Numbered from the stretch's first letter, positions 26,640 through 40,258 are shown. The stretch is DNA of 61,814 nt from Hydrolagus affinis (GCA_012026655.1 JAAILG010001785.1:1-61814); one strand, 5' to 3'. A program made the numbers and translations. The notes: generated from the letters alone by a model not told the origin.

Positions 26640-27100
26640 GAAGAGAGTGGGTGGGTGTGTGGGTGTATGGTGGAGGGGGTGAGAGGGAGAGCACGCATGC
26701 GTACTCCTGCTCCTGCGCGGGTTCGCTGTGTGTGCGCATGCGCGGGATGTGGTCGGTGGGTGGGTAGGGGGCTCGGCGGTGTGACGTAAAGGACGTTGAC
26801 GCGCAGTCGCGCGGCTGAACCCGTGCGAAGTACTGTACTGTAAAGCGGCCGAAGGAAGTTCTCAGCGGCGTAACTTTGGCGTGTGGACTGACGGACGAAC
26901 TCCTCCCTCCGTCCCTGGCGCTCCTCCTCCTCCGCCGCCGGTTTACTTGACGTTGGTAGCGTCGCGTCGCGCGATTTATTGTCAAAGCGGGAGATTGGCG
27001 AGTGTGAGGTGGGAAGGAAAGTCACCTCATAGAACTAACTACTGTGGTGGGCAGCCAGCCGGGGAGTGAGTGAAGAGTCGGGGAGTGAGTGAAGCTCTAT
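26640..27100 (+). promoter_or_regulatory. HIF1A: HIF1A CpG-island promoter / TSS region
   Basis: Sharp CpG enrichment; NRF1 palindrome TGCGCATGCGC (26733-26743) and CGCATGCG (26694-26701); CRE-like TGACGTAA (26782-26789); ETS GGAAGT (26854); no obvious TATA box. Confidence 0.8.
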
Positions 27101-27423
27101 TTGACTATTGGACTGGACTGTTGAGTGTTTTTTTTTTGGGGGGGTGAGGAGGATTTATATTTATATATATATAGTATAATATATATTTTTTATTAATAAT
27201 AATTAATAATATTACAAGAAAGAGAACAATTGATGATTTGAGTGGCGGGAGAAAATATATTTTTTTTGGGTGGGAGGAGGGGGTGGGGAAAGAGAGAGAG
27301 AAAAAAAAGATTTAAAACATTCGGAGGTACTTTGGCGTTTGGGGTTTTTGTTCGCCGGACTTGGGAGTGAAACCGAAGAGGAGAGAAAGAGAGAAGAGAG
27401 AGAAGAGAGAGAGAGAAAGGGGA

Positions 27424-27500
27424 ATGGAAATGGAAATGGAAGACTGTGAAATACAGGCGGAGGAGAACACCACCGGGCAGGTCAACCCCGAGAAGAAACG
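27424..27500 (+). CDS. HIF1A: HIF-1alpha exon 1 (coding part)
   Basis: MEMEMEDCEIQAEENTTGQVNPEKK(R), donor CG|GTGAGT, phase 2 as in vertebrate HIF1A. Confidence 0.88.
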
Positions 27501-27544
27501 GTGAGTCCTTTCTTTGAACAAGAGAGAACTTATATATGTTTTTA

Positions 27545-27546
27545 TT

Positions 27547-27580
<34 letters not shown>

Positions 27581-27835
27581 CACAATAAATATATATATAT
27601 TTAATCGGCGGAGACTTTATTTATGTCGCTCGCATGGCCTTGTGTGCGAAGGTGATCCCTGGCCCGGTTAAGAGCTTGTGTATATGTATATATGTGTGTG
27701 TGTGTGTATATATATATGTATGTGTGTGTGTCGCCATTTTGTGGAGCTGAGCCCCCTTCACAGCTGGGTTTGAAGGGAGCGCGCGGCCTGGCCCTCTCTC
27801 TGTGTGTGTGTGTGTGAGAGAGTGAGAGAGAGTGA
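27545..27835. repeat. (TA)n, (TG)n and (GA)n microsatellite cluster at the start of intron 1, with a YY1-like CGCCATTTT at 27732-27740
   Basis: Direct sequence inspection. Confidence 0.8.
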
Positions 27836-29720
27836 GCCCTAGGAGGAGAGATAGAGATGCCAATGGCAAGATAACTACCTGGTTGACCTTGGGCCTCTTT
27901 CTCTCTCTTTCCCCTTCAACACAAAAGGCCTCGCAATTCGCGGCTGTGACTTGTACAGTTTGTGCGGTTTGGGTTTGGTTGGCTTCCTGTTCCTTGGCAG
28001 AGCTGGCATAGGATGAAATGCTGTTGTTGGTGCCCGGGTTTCTATCTCTTTCCTTTCTTTATTCTCTCTTTCCTTTCTTCTCTCTCTCTCCCCCCCCCAC
28101 CCACCCCTCTCTGTCTCTCTCTCCTCCTCTCTTTTCATCCTTTATTTTTGTTTTCCCTGGTTTCAAATGGGGATTAAGTTTCGTTTATTTTTATCTAGAA
28201 AAAAACGCACCAACAAAACATCTGTCCTTCAAACCGAGTTTGGATTTCATTGGATTGTCTACTTAGAACCAGAGTAGTTAGATGAGTGGCATCTTAACAT
28301 CAGGGTGGGTTGGTGCTGTGGGCACATGCTTGTGTGTTGAATAATAAGCACAGTGAAATCCTACCAGTTCTGTGATTATTCATGCCTGCCTAGTTGCATC
28401 TCGGCTTTTCTTTTATTAAAAAAAAGGAAATGTTGTATTGATCACCTTGCTGTTGGTATGGTTGGATGCCCTGCGGAATTGCAATTCATCACAATAATGA
28501 GTTTGGGCATTGAGCTCATATTCCAGACTGACACTCCCAATACAGTCAGGACATTGCCTTCTCTGTCTGATAAAATATTTCGCTTGCCGATCCTTTAGGT
28601 GGAAGTTTTGTTTCAAAATCGGATACTAGTACTTTGCATAATTTACAAAGTACTTAGAAGCATTTAAATGCGACAAATCAGACATGGAAGCGCTATATCA
28701 AATGCAAGAATTATTATTAATAAATAGGCATAAAAATTCAAGTTCTTTCTGGACAATTACTGTTGCTACTGTTTTTGAAAAGAACAGGCGGTTTCCCTTT
28801 GTGTCCTAAACATCAATACTTCAGATTAATTGGTCATGCACTTCATGTCAACTGATAGGACCTTTCTGGTGCAAGTAGCTGCTGTTTGCAAACAATAACC
28901 GTCATAACGCTTGACATTAATTACCTTTTGATCTGAGACGCTACGGTGTGTGGAGAGGGCTGCATAAGTGCAAGCTGTTGACAACCATATCCTTGCAAAG
29001 TTTGTTTCTCCTTTACTGTGGATTGCTCCGAAAATTCTTTTTCTGCTTTTATGATTGGTTACATCTATTGGTTGTATTACTGTGTTTATCTAACTTTGAT
29101 TGTCAGTAATCACGGTGAGGCAGATGAGCGAAGGGAAAAGTGGCATGATTGTTCAACAATTTCTATAGAAAGTGCGTTTGATGATAAGCGTTTGTGAAGA
29201 TTATATAGATAGCCTGGCGATTTGGAAGGTTGCCAAAAACGCACAGTATTGCATTTGTAAGTGAACGGTTTTTTTCAAACTGTTGGACCTACTCCTAAAT
29301 GTGCTATCAATTTATTTATATTAGGAATTGGGCAACAATGACATTGTTGCTTTTGGAAGCCATTGGTTGTTTTTCAACTGCATATGACACCACAGTACTT
29401 CAGTTTAATGTCAAACAGCTTGTCATCAAGCTGTTTGATACTACCCACAAATATACAGTATATTCACTTTACAGTATATTCTTTGAAGCTTTTGACCTGC
29501 GTAAATTGGTTAATTCCAAACATCTCCATGCAGGTTTTGCTGTCGTGTGTCTGTACAGATGTTGAGACATTGGGAATGCCAAAACATTGTAGTCACCAGT
29601 GGCAACTTCATCTGGTTGCTGAGGAAACTGCAATGGCATTGGTATTCAAGAATATTACATCTCCAGGATTTATGTAATACAACGTGTATCGTTGAGACTT
29701 CGTATTTTATTTAATGCAAT

Positions 29721-29793
29721 GTAAACAAATTTTCTGTGGCTTTGGCTGCTTACGTGATGACCGTGTTTTGCTTTGTGTTTACCGTCCACGTAA
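29721..29793. promoter_or_regulatory. Candidate intron-1 enhancer (paired HRE cores and forkhead sites)
   Basis: GTAAACA 29721, TACGTG 29751, TGTTTAC 29776, CACGTA 29787. Confidence 0.35.
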
Positions 29794-30009
29794 TCATGCT
29801 CATTATTTATCCGATTTCCTTTGGGGCAATAAATTTCTGATGAATTGTTGGAAAAATAAGTCACTGTTGTATAAATATTTTCAAATCATGACCAATGAGT
29901 GTTTTAAGTTAGACTCTTGGAGCAATTTTGTCTGTTCTGTACTTCCTCTCAATTTCATTGGGATTCCAGGATTAGAGCACTCCAATGTACACTGTAGTCT
30001 AATCTGCAT

Positions 30010-30352
30010 TCTACAGCACTCGGCTCACTAGAGAAAAGACCTGGGGTTGATTCCCAAAATGGGCGAAACCTTAGGGAAGTTTCCTTACTCAACATGCTTC
30101 TGCGTATTTACCTAGTAGGAACCTGGTTGTTAATTGATTGACTGATCGCTTTCCAGGGGGTAATAATTTTTTAAAAAATGATTTGGTCACTAAACCTCTG
30201 ACTGGTTGTAGGGCACTGTTGTGCACAGTTGGCTGCCGTGTTTCACCCACAACATATAGTCAATTCAGTTTACAGTATGCAGTATTCTGTAAAGCATTGA
30301 GAGATGTCCCAACGACATGATAAGATACTACATCAAATGCAAGGATTATTAA
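30010..30352 (+). mobile_element. Diverged SINE
   Basis: Head remnant, TTTCCTTACTC, core and tail. Confidence 0.75.
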
Positions 30353-30390
30353 TAAACAAATTCTCCTCTTTAGTTTTGCTATCACAACCA

Positions 30391-30578
30391 TTCAGCCTTG
30401 AATATTTTCAAGGCTGAAACTGATAGATTTTGTTTAAAAATAGAGGGATTAGGGAATATGGGGATAGGGCAGGTAATTAGAGTTAGGTCAGAAGATCAGT
30501 CATGATCTTATTAAATGGTGGGGCAGGCTCGAGGGGCCGAATAACCTACTCCTGCTCCTAATTCTTATGTTCTTATGT
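30391..30578 (+). mobile_element. CR1 3' fragment with a hairpin at its 5' junction
   Basis: ...GGCAGGCTCGAGGGGCCGAATAACCTACTCCTGCTCCTAATTCTTATGTTCTTATG tail. Confidence 0.85.
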
Positions 30579-32369
30579 TTGGTTGCTTAGCTCAGGGAGG
30601 GATAATTTGTCTTCATGCCTGGAATGCCTCTTTGAGCAAGTTATTTGGGGGTTGTCATCATCAAATTTCAACTCATGGCATGCTTTCCAAAAGAAATTAT
30701 TGAATAGTATTCAGGAGAAGAAATTCTGGTTGTTTACCCTCTCTGGAAGTCTTTCGTAACTGCAGTTGGAAACAAATCTGTGACCTTCTAATCTTTCATA
30801 CTTTAATACTACTCCATGCTAAGATCAGAGCTCTTTAATGTCACTTTCATGGAGGGTCAACAGATGTTGGGGATTATGGTGGTTATCTTTTACCTGAAAA
30901 AACGTTTTAGTTGACTGGTGCTCGAGTATAAATGAATTTGACTTCATATTACTAAAATGGTACATTGCCTTTAATTATTTGGTCTGAAGCACTTTAAAGC
31001 TCAAAGACATGTATATTGTAAGATTAGTTACTCCGAGGTTTCAATTGACTTGTAATTTCAGCCTATTTTAAGATTATACAAGTTATTTGTTGAAGGATTG
31101 ATGGCTCGACAAGAACAAGCTTGATGTGCTGAATTACCTTTCCTTCAATTCTATCTCAAGTTATTTAGATTTGTATACAAATGCTATGCTTGTCATGAGC
31201 ATAGCTTCTAGGCTAGTAGTGCAGTTAGAAGTTGGTTTTGCAGTGATTGCTATTGAAATTTTATGTTGCACAGTAGTTGCATACCATGCATGTTTTCCGC
31301 TGAGCTTGTGTTTGGAGTGGGAAGTTCTTCTTTACTGTAACTCTTAAATGGTCATATTGTGATGGTATCTAAAATCATGAAGACTTTGTTTATTGTAAAC
31401 AGAGTTTAAGAATGGCAGATTCAATGTTGCTGATTTCTGCTTATTGAAAATAAACTGATACATTACTGTAAAAATATTTATCCTAATGTTTGGATGTGCG
31501 ATTAAAAAAAATCTTTGCCTTTTTATATAGGAGAAACAAGTTGCTTGTTTTCTTAATATTAGTAGGTATACAAGTGTCACAGATCTAGTTGAAGCCTTGC
31601 TCAACTCTAGTCACAATAATTACTGGTATGGTCTCTTGTGTTTATTGCTGCCATGTAAATTATAAATACTGGAAACTGACTAACAGATCAGCAATTTTGT
31701 TTTGATAATACTGAACCCTTATTGATAGTTTAAATTTTTTTTAAAAAATTTAAATTTTACTTCTGATAACATAGAATAGTTGATAGTTTGTGAAACACTG
31801 TATGGGAACAGAAGTCTACCAGAGTGCTGACTACCACAAATCAAAATGTCATCTTTTATTTTGTTACTGGAGGCTGATGGAAAAATATAGTCCAATTGAA
31901 ATGTAGTTGGACTGGTACTGTTGAACAAGTGTTTTGGGAAATTTTTTGCATTCTGTCAAATAGTTGTAACTGAACTACTATTCTTCCTCAAGATCTGTCC
32001 GAAATTCGGATGGTACTGACTTTCTCCGTTAGTAGTGTTGATGATCACCTTGTTTTTTTAAAAAAAAAGTTAACTTTTTAGGTTACTTTTTACATGTAGT
32101 AAGTATAAAATTGAAAAATCAGATCAGCCCCTTGATTCAACTTTTGATAAAGCATTTATTTCAAAATGTAGGATGTGATCCACTCCTTGTTTTATAATAT
32201 GTAGTAGTAATATGTGCTCCATTTCTGTGGTTGTTTTGCTGTTTATAATTCATTTATGTGTTTTTTTTGTGCATACATTTGAATTAGCAAGATGTCATGC
32301 ATACAGTCTAGACCCCTTTAGAACATAAAATGTTTGACCACATGTAGTCTGCTCACTAGAGCCTAATCT

Positions 32370-32618
32370 ATAATAATAATCCATGCTTTTGATATAGCAC
32401 TGTTCACATCTTCTAGATGTCTCAAAGTGCTTCATGGAATATACTGTAAAGTGAATTGACTGTACATTTGTTGGCAAAACGCGGGAGCCAATTGCACACA
32501 GCAGGGTCCCACGAACATTCGTGGATTTGATGACCAGTTTTTTTTTCTTGAGGGATTATTATCAGGTGTGTGGAGCAAATCGAACCCAGGTCTCTCATAC
32601 TGAGCTACAATACTCTGC
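32370..32618 (-). mobile_element. SINE, internally deleted
   Basis: Family tail, core and partial head. Confidence 0.82.
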
Positions 32619-35305
32619 AATAAACTCCTGATTCCTCAACTCTGGTTCAATTTGTCACTATTACTTAAGTCATCATGTTGTCAATATTCCGGACACATTA
32701 ATTTATTTATTTATACATATGCCTAACTCGCATTCGGTTATCTCGTCACTGAACCCTTAATTGATGGTGGATTCTGTAACATGTGAAGTATCCTACCTAA
32801 TTTTAAAACCAACTATCTCTTAATTAAGTTTTAGAAAAACCCTCTTAATCTCCTACCTTGTACGTAATGTCATTCTCCATTCCCGTGGAGGCCTTTTCTG
32901 TACTTCAATGGAGCTATTCATCTGATTTGAGTGGTTGTACATGTTGTTCTCCTGATCAGCAGCCTGTTCTGTTTGGGAGCCAGTAAACTTCAGTTGTAGT
33001 CAAGTGTTAGTGGGCAGTGAAAAAGAAAAACGTAGGGCATGAAATGGAAAAAGACCATTTGGTTCATAAAACTGACTCCTTCAAAGCCCAGTCTGGCTAT
33101 TTTCATATATATTTGTATTGCACTAGCTCTGTTGTGCACTATGCCAATTTATTTTGAGTGCAAAATTATTGATGGCTTAGTACAGATCAATGAGGGAACT
33201 CCGCTTTTTCTCCTCAAGTTCATACCACATGATTTAGAAGATATGGTTTTCAATTTGTATCTTTAAAATTAGGGTGTTAATCCCCCAATCCATCTGATGC
33301 TGTCTCATTCCATCCAGGTCAGGGTCAGATGGATTGTTGTGATAGTGTATATACCATTGCTGGTTGCTATTAAGAGAAACTGGGTCAAGCTGCAGGTGTG
33401 TTGGAATTAAGAATGCGGTCGAAGAATCCTGAGCAACAGTGAAGTTGTTGTTTCAGGAACAAAAGATGATAAAATTTAGCATTGCACGGTGAAACACTCA
33501 TCACTTAGAAAATATCAGAAAGTTTATCAGAAAGTTTCTATTCTAAATAAATTGGCTTTGAAGTGGGTGGATTCACTATAGTGTACTGTCATTTCCTTTA
33601 TTTGGATATACAAGCCACAAATGCACTGTAAAACACTACACAAACAAACATTGTTTTGTAACAATTTATTAATTGATATCTCAACTTTCAATAATAAATG
33701 AATTGGGCTCTTTGTTAATTTCAGATATTGACGCTCCAGTTGAATCCATTCATTTTCCTGTGGTACATTCACAGTTAGAGTAAAACTATTGTATTGGGCA
33801 AAGTATAATTTCTTTGACCTGATGAAAAGCTTTTGATTTTACTGTTTAAAATAAAGCCTCAAAGCCTCTGGATTTTCTCTTCCCTTCAACTGCAGCCTAG
33901 GGACAACACCTCTTGCCCCACCACTTTCAAAAAAACATACTGGATTAGAAAGAATCTTTCCTCTCACCGGCCACATGCAAGTTTAATTAAGTACAGAATA
34001 TTTTTAATGAAACCATGGCACATTATAAGAAGGAAATGGCATGTTTATGGATCTGTTTCTTCTGAAATTGAATCGTCATTAGCTGTCAAGTTGTGGGCAC
34101 TTTTTGCACTTTGGGTTAATGTTCTTAGAATTGATATGAAGGCATCGTAAATTCCTGACAGCCATCACAGGGAGGGAACTAACTTTGTAACTCTGGCATG
34201 TGATTTTGCACTCAGCTCAGATCAACGGATTCAAAATGCTAATCCAATGTGTCACCAAGCTTTAGTTACAATTTACCAAGATTGCCTGTAATTGTTTTGT
34301 TTCTTGAGGGTTTTTTTCCCCCATTTTTCCATTAAAACCTAGTTCATTTCATTATGAAAATTATTTTCTCACTTTTAACTCTGGGTGAGCTGGAGGTGTG
34401 TTTAAACGTATTGAGTTGTCAAATCTATTGAAGTGTCAGAATTATCTTAATATCAGAAGCTGGAGGGCAATGTTGATGTATATTGGTGAAAATCCATTGG
34501 AAAAACAAATTGTGTTAAACTATTGGTGGCTTCAACATCTTGGTGTCCTTGAAAGGGAAAAGACTAGATGATTCTCCATTACTTCTACTCACCGATGTAC
34601 ACAATGTTTGGACCAAAGACTGGTGATTTTTCAAAGGTTAAATTATCTTTTGCAGTTATTTTTTTCCTCCCAAATTTAAATATGGTTCATTTGTATTAAA
34701 TCCAACTAGAGAGACCAATGCCAATTAACTGGTGGTAAATTTCAAATGTGATTTTTGGGGGTCTCAATGTCCCACAGTTTTGCGGTTGGAAACTTTTTAC
34801 TGTATTTCCATTAGTCAGGTTGCAGGTGAACGTAAAGGGTTGGGGTATGGCTACTAAGCCTATAGGTGAAAATAAATCGGCTACTAAATTGAAGTTTCTT
34901 TGCATCATTTACTGAGTTCTATGATTATAAATCAGTCCAGTATAAAAGTTGACAAGGCTGTAAAGAATACAATCTCAGTCCAGTCTATGACATTGAGACT
35001 TCTGAAGGTTAATGGAAATAGATGAGATGGATAGCTTGTTGGAGGAGATGAGATGTCTGTCACCTTTAATCCAAATGGAATAACACTATGTCTGCCTGCA
35101 ACCAGGAGTTTGGAGATTGATTTGAATCATGTAGTGACATATCCACTTCAGAATGAATTGCTTTTATCCTGGCTTCTGATATTTTTCTTTGAAAAATCGC
35201 TTTCATGCCCCTGCAGTTCTTATATCTCTGCTGCTTTGCAATATTGTAGTTTTCCAGAGTTACCTGGGGTTTGACTAAGTCTTGAGTAAGGTGGATATAA
35301 AAAAT

Positions 35306-35628
35306 GGAGTACTGTAAGCTCAGTGGTTAGAGCCACTCACCTTACAAGTGTGAAACCTGTGTTCGATTCCAGGCAGTGCGAAACCTTTGGCAAGTTTCAT
35401 TGTTCCACATGCCTAATAATAATCCCTCAATTTTTTTTTACAAAATTGGTCATTTCAACCCACGACTGTTTATGGGACACTGCTGTGCGCAATTGGCTGC
35501 AAATATACAGTCAATTCACTTTACAGTTTTTTCTGTGAAGCGCTTTGAGACATCTAGAAGATGTGAAAAGCACGATATCAAATATCAAAGGATTATTGTT
35601 ATTATTAAATACATTATTATTATTATTA
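35306..35628 (+). mobile_element. Full-length SINE
   Basis: Family head, core and tail. Confidence 0.87.
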
Positions 35629-37512
35629 AATACAAAGAAACCGCACTAAAAATGAACAAAGCAGCCTGTGCCCAGTTCATATAAAAACTATCAGTGACAT
35701 TATTTGGAAATATATTGTGGCTCTCTGATGACTGCCTTCATGGGTTAAAAATACCGTATTAGTAAATGAATCACAGCAAATCACTTCATCAACTCTGATG
35801 ATGATGATTATTATTATTATCTTGGTACCACTGGTAAAATGTGTAAATGTGTCTATTGGTTGTGATATCCCTTCAGAGTGAATAGCTTACCTACGCTCAC
35901 CAATAAGATGAAAAGCAGCCACTTGATCAGCACATTGGAGGATCGATGTAATGGAGGGCTATTTACCTAGAAAGAGTCAGCAGCTTCAGGAGAGGAGGTG
36001 AAGAGATTTTTGTTAAAAATATGGCTGAGGTCCTAATAATGGATTTTCTGATTCACATAGTGTGCTTCAGTTTACTTCAGCTAATTTCATAGTCCAGTCG
36101 AGGGTTTAGAATTTTGCGTTGTAAAAATAATGGATCTACAATTCTATAAGAAATCCAAATCTATTACCAGATTTAGGTTGCCCCTTTTCTATATTGATCG
36201 ATCAACAACCATCTCAGTGGGCATTAAGTGGTTTTGAGATGATGCTAGAGGCTAGCCTATTCCAGTATTAATGACATTTCCTGCTGGTTGCTTGAGTTTG
36301 ATGCTAAGCACATTGCAACCCATTGTTGCTGAACAATGTTACTACTGTGTTTGTAGAGTCAGCAGCAATTCCTGAAATATTATGTAACTGCCACTAGAAT
36401 GCTTATGATTTGAATTAAAAAAAATTAATTAAGCTGTTTTTCTGATCTCTATTTTTATATCAACATATACAACAACAAAATTGCACTTATATAGTGCTTT
36501 TCACGTCGGGAGGATGTCCGAAAGCGCTCAACAGTCAGGTCGGGACCCGGGGGGAGGGTAGGGGGAAGTGGAAGGAGCGTGGGGAGAGGGGGAAGAGTTA
36601 ATGGGGCAGCCGAAGGCGCGGTAGAACCGCGATATGATAATTACTGAGTTTAAATTCTGATCCAAACTAATCCTTAATCCTTCCCACCCCAATCATCATC
36701 ATTATCAATATTTTTGATTTGTTGGAGTCTGCTTGCTCCTGCGACAGAAACTGGACTAGTCAACCACGATCACTATCATGAGTATTTTTGTTGCTAGAAA
36801 CTGTCAGAAGAATGGCTTTGCTGACCAGAGGAAACTAAGTAGCCTGAAATGACACTAATGGCAACCTGATGTCATCTCTGCTCTTTTTTTTCACAGAAGC
36901 ATGATGATTTGGGGTTTATTTTAATGGACCTAAAACACTGCTTTATTACTAGTATTTGCTTTGGGTTGGTTATAGTTGGTTATAGTCCTAGACATTGTTA
37001 GTTCTACCATATATCTAGGGATAGTTAATATGCTGGCCAGACACTATCGAAAGGATCCAAGGTGATGAAATTGTGGACAGTCTGTCGGTAGAATGAGATA
37101 AGGTTGATTCAGTATTGATGTTCTGTCTCTAGATATAAAAGTGAGTTGAAGACCTCCAGAGGCAGAAAACTTCCCTGCAAAACTGTTAATCCAATCCCTG
37201 AAAGGCTCGCTGGCTTTCAGGAATTGAATTTTGAAATGACTGAGTAGTTTGTATTTATTCTGTATTTAATTACGCAACTGAGTTTCTGTGTAGTTCAGCT
37301 CATTTGCTAGAGTTATTTCCAGAAAAAAAAGGCAATTCGATTTGTTATCAAGCTTGTTCCATTCACAGATAAATCACATTTGATTGTACTTTACCTATCC
37401 TGGTCATCTTTGATATTATTCCCAACCTCATAGGTATCCAGTTTTTATTTGGAAAAGTATAATTCATTTAGTATTAATGTTTCTTTTTAACGAGGATTTG
37501 TTTGCTTCAATG

Positions 37513-37810
37513 TTGGAGGTGCCATCCTTGAGATGAAACGTTAAACTGAGCTCGCTCTGTCTGTTCAAGTGGGCATTAAAGATTCCACTCCACCAATCAT
37601 GAAGAGGAGAGAATTCCTCCTGGCCTCAAGTTCCAACAATCCTCCAAATTGATTATTCACTTCTTGGCTATTTGTAGGACATTGCTGAGTGTGAATTAGC
37701 TGCAGTATTCATTCACAAAACATTTGTTACACTTTACAGTATATTCTGTGAAGTGCTTTGAGATATCCTCCTGACTTGAAAGCCGCTATCAAATATAAGG
37801 ATTATTAACA
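37513..37810 (+). mobile_element. Older DeuSINE-like (SacSINE/AmnSINE-type) relic
   Basis: GGAGGTGCCATCCTTGAGATGAAACGTTAAACTGAG...TTAAAGATTCC resembles the Deu-domain consensus as recalled; L2-like tail. Confidence 0.6.
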
Positions 37811-39290
37811 GTAATAATAAACCTATTCGCTTAATGCTTCCACACACACAAATAATTTTTTCAACATTCTAAATATTGAATTCAATACTTTGGACAAAAA
37901 AAAACTACTTAGAATTTTCTTTTCCCTTAGAATCCCTAGAATGACAATTGCTTCAAAGAATCTCACTTTTAAACTTAAGAAGTTGTACCATAGTCCAATA
38001 ACAAAAAATGTTACCTTGATATCCCTGAATTGACTGTCTCACTCACTGGAGCTTAAGAGATACCCAATGTCGGAAATTAAAAACACCCACTGGTGTGCGA
38101 CATACAACATACTCTTCCTGGGTTGTGCTGAGGAAGGCAGACTGAACTCTGCTACTAATTATCCTATACTTGACCTGGGAGAGCTTGATACTGACATCGG
38201 ATACTTGAATATTAAGTGTTCCATTTCATAGCACAGATATCCCTACCTTGATGAGCATATTCGCCGAGTTATTAAACATTTATGCTTGCCCTGTTTTCCC
38301 CATTTTCCCTCTCAAAGTATAGTACTAGTGGATGGGTGTTACTGCACACTCACCAGTACTGTGCTTTCCCAGAGTCGGATCAGCTTTCAGGCCCATCCAA
38401 AGCACCTGTCCTGTTGAAGTAAACGGAGCCGCCCTCATGTTGCATGTGGCTCCTCCCCGTCGGTCACGTCAGTGGGGTGGCCTACCTGTGGAGGAGGCAG
38501 ATGCCAAGGATTTCTCATCGAAGGTAAACTGTTTTTCTCAGCATATTATTTTCAAATCTACCTGGAAGGAATATTTTAAGAACTTTATTTATCTTTCGAA
38601 ATAAGTTTAATGTTTAACAATCTGGTTTCCCAGTGTCCAATGTGGAAGTGGGATATAGATTGTCCAAAATTGGCTATCAAAACAATTTATTTTCCAATCA
38701 GGGTTTAGAACTTTAAATGTTGGTCACTTTACCTTATGTATGCCACTTTGTATGGATGCAATCGTATGTTTATTGTGATTTGGACTATAATAATCCTTGC
38801 ATTCGATATAGACTTCTCAAAACGCTTCATAGAATCTACTGTAAAGTGAATTGATTATATATTTATGGGTGAAATGCGCAGGCAATTGCACACAGCAGTG
38901 TCCCACAAACAGTCACTCTTGAACTTGTTTGTTTTTACCGAGGGATTAAATAGCCACAATGTTTTGTTGTGTATTTTGAGAATCATTACTTCGACTTTGT
39001 TCAATATTTTAATCTGACTGTACAAGAAATCAGAAAGTACTGATTTCAAGAAATGGTTGGCAATATCTGATGATTACAAATTATGGTTTTTTTTAAAGTT
39101 AGTATGCATCTAACAACTTGAAATAAAAAGTTTTTTTTATATCAGGTGGTATGGAGCATAGGATTAGAAGTGATTATATAAGTTGTGGGGAATGTAGACT
39201 TTACAAATAATGCCAATGTGCCACAGCAACCTGCAGTCTACTAAACCATATTAGTGTCATTTCACATGTATTTGGATTCAAAGTATAATA

Positions 39291-39495
39291 TAGTAATAGC
39301 CTGTTTATCCGGCACCTTCGGGACCTGGCCAATGCAGGTTAAAGCGCGTGCCAGATATTCGGTCGAAAACACACTCACAAAAAAAAGCATTTTTCCGGAT
39401 GAATTCCGGTTGATCAAATGCGGACTTTTTTTTTTGATGTGCCAGTTATACAGAAGTTACGGTTGATTGGGTCACGGATAAACTGTTTTTTACTG
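39291..39495. mobile_element. Tc1/mariner MITE, opposite orientation to the 3929 copy
   Basis: TA-flanked; TIRs TAGTAATAGCCTGTTTATCCGGCACC / CGGATAAACTGTTTTTTACTG. Confidence 0.85.
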
Positions 39496-40258
39496 TATAA
39501 TGTATATGATTCAGCACAATTAATTAAGCTGTTGGTCGAAGATTGGGTTTGGTCAGAATGTGATTTGTCAAGTACATTTTTTTTAAAATATATGAAAATA
39601 GGTTTGTTAATGTGCGGTGTATTTTTAAAATTCAAATACAGTTTTGCAGGAGCACAAGTATATCTGGAGTGATTCCGATAGAGTTGACATCTATGGAAAA
39701 ATGGGTTACTAGCCTTTTTTTAAAAAAAAGTTGCAGATTAATTATAGGGGCTGTCTAATTTGCATCTTGGTAAATGTTTGACAGTATAGTGAATAAAAAG
39801 CTGTTATCTGCTTGCAGCTGTAAAAGCATCCCATTCTTGGTGTAAATTGAATTCTCTGAGCTGAAGATTCTTCATCTGCAAGAAGGAAACATTCTTTCAT
39901 GATCTAATGAAACTGCTTTGGCTCTTAGCCAGCAACTTACTGGCAACTGGAGTCAAGGGTTATCTTTCTTAATTGAATATTAAAATTTCACTGTGTTAGT
40001 CATGGGAGTTTGCGTAATTTCTATTCCTTCAACGACACTATACACTATCAAGTATATGCACATTTCCTGCTGTTTGACTGTATGTAATTAAGTAACAATT
40101 CTGTTTTCAGTGTGCTGTAAATAGCTAGATAATGTGCTGTATTCTCCCCAACAAAAGAAATCTAGGATGTTAAGCTGCTTGTCGCACTGTGATATGTCAA
40201 GTAACTTGTCTGAAGGTGTTTCTGATGAGCATTCCATTTTTAATCTTCCCAATGTTAG

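Noticed and set aside
26570-27069. Several ORFs over the CpG island
   Set aside because: Stop-poor GC-rich promoter DNA giving low-complexity translations
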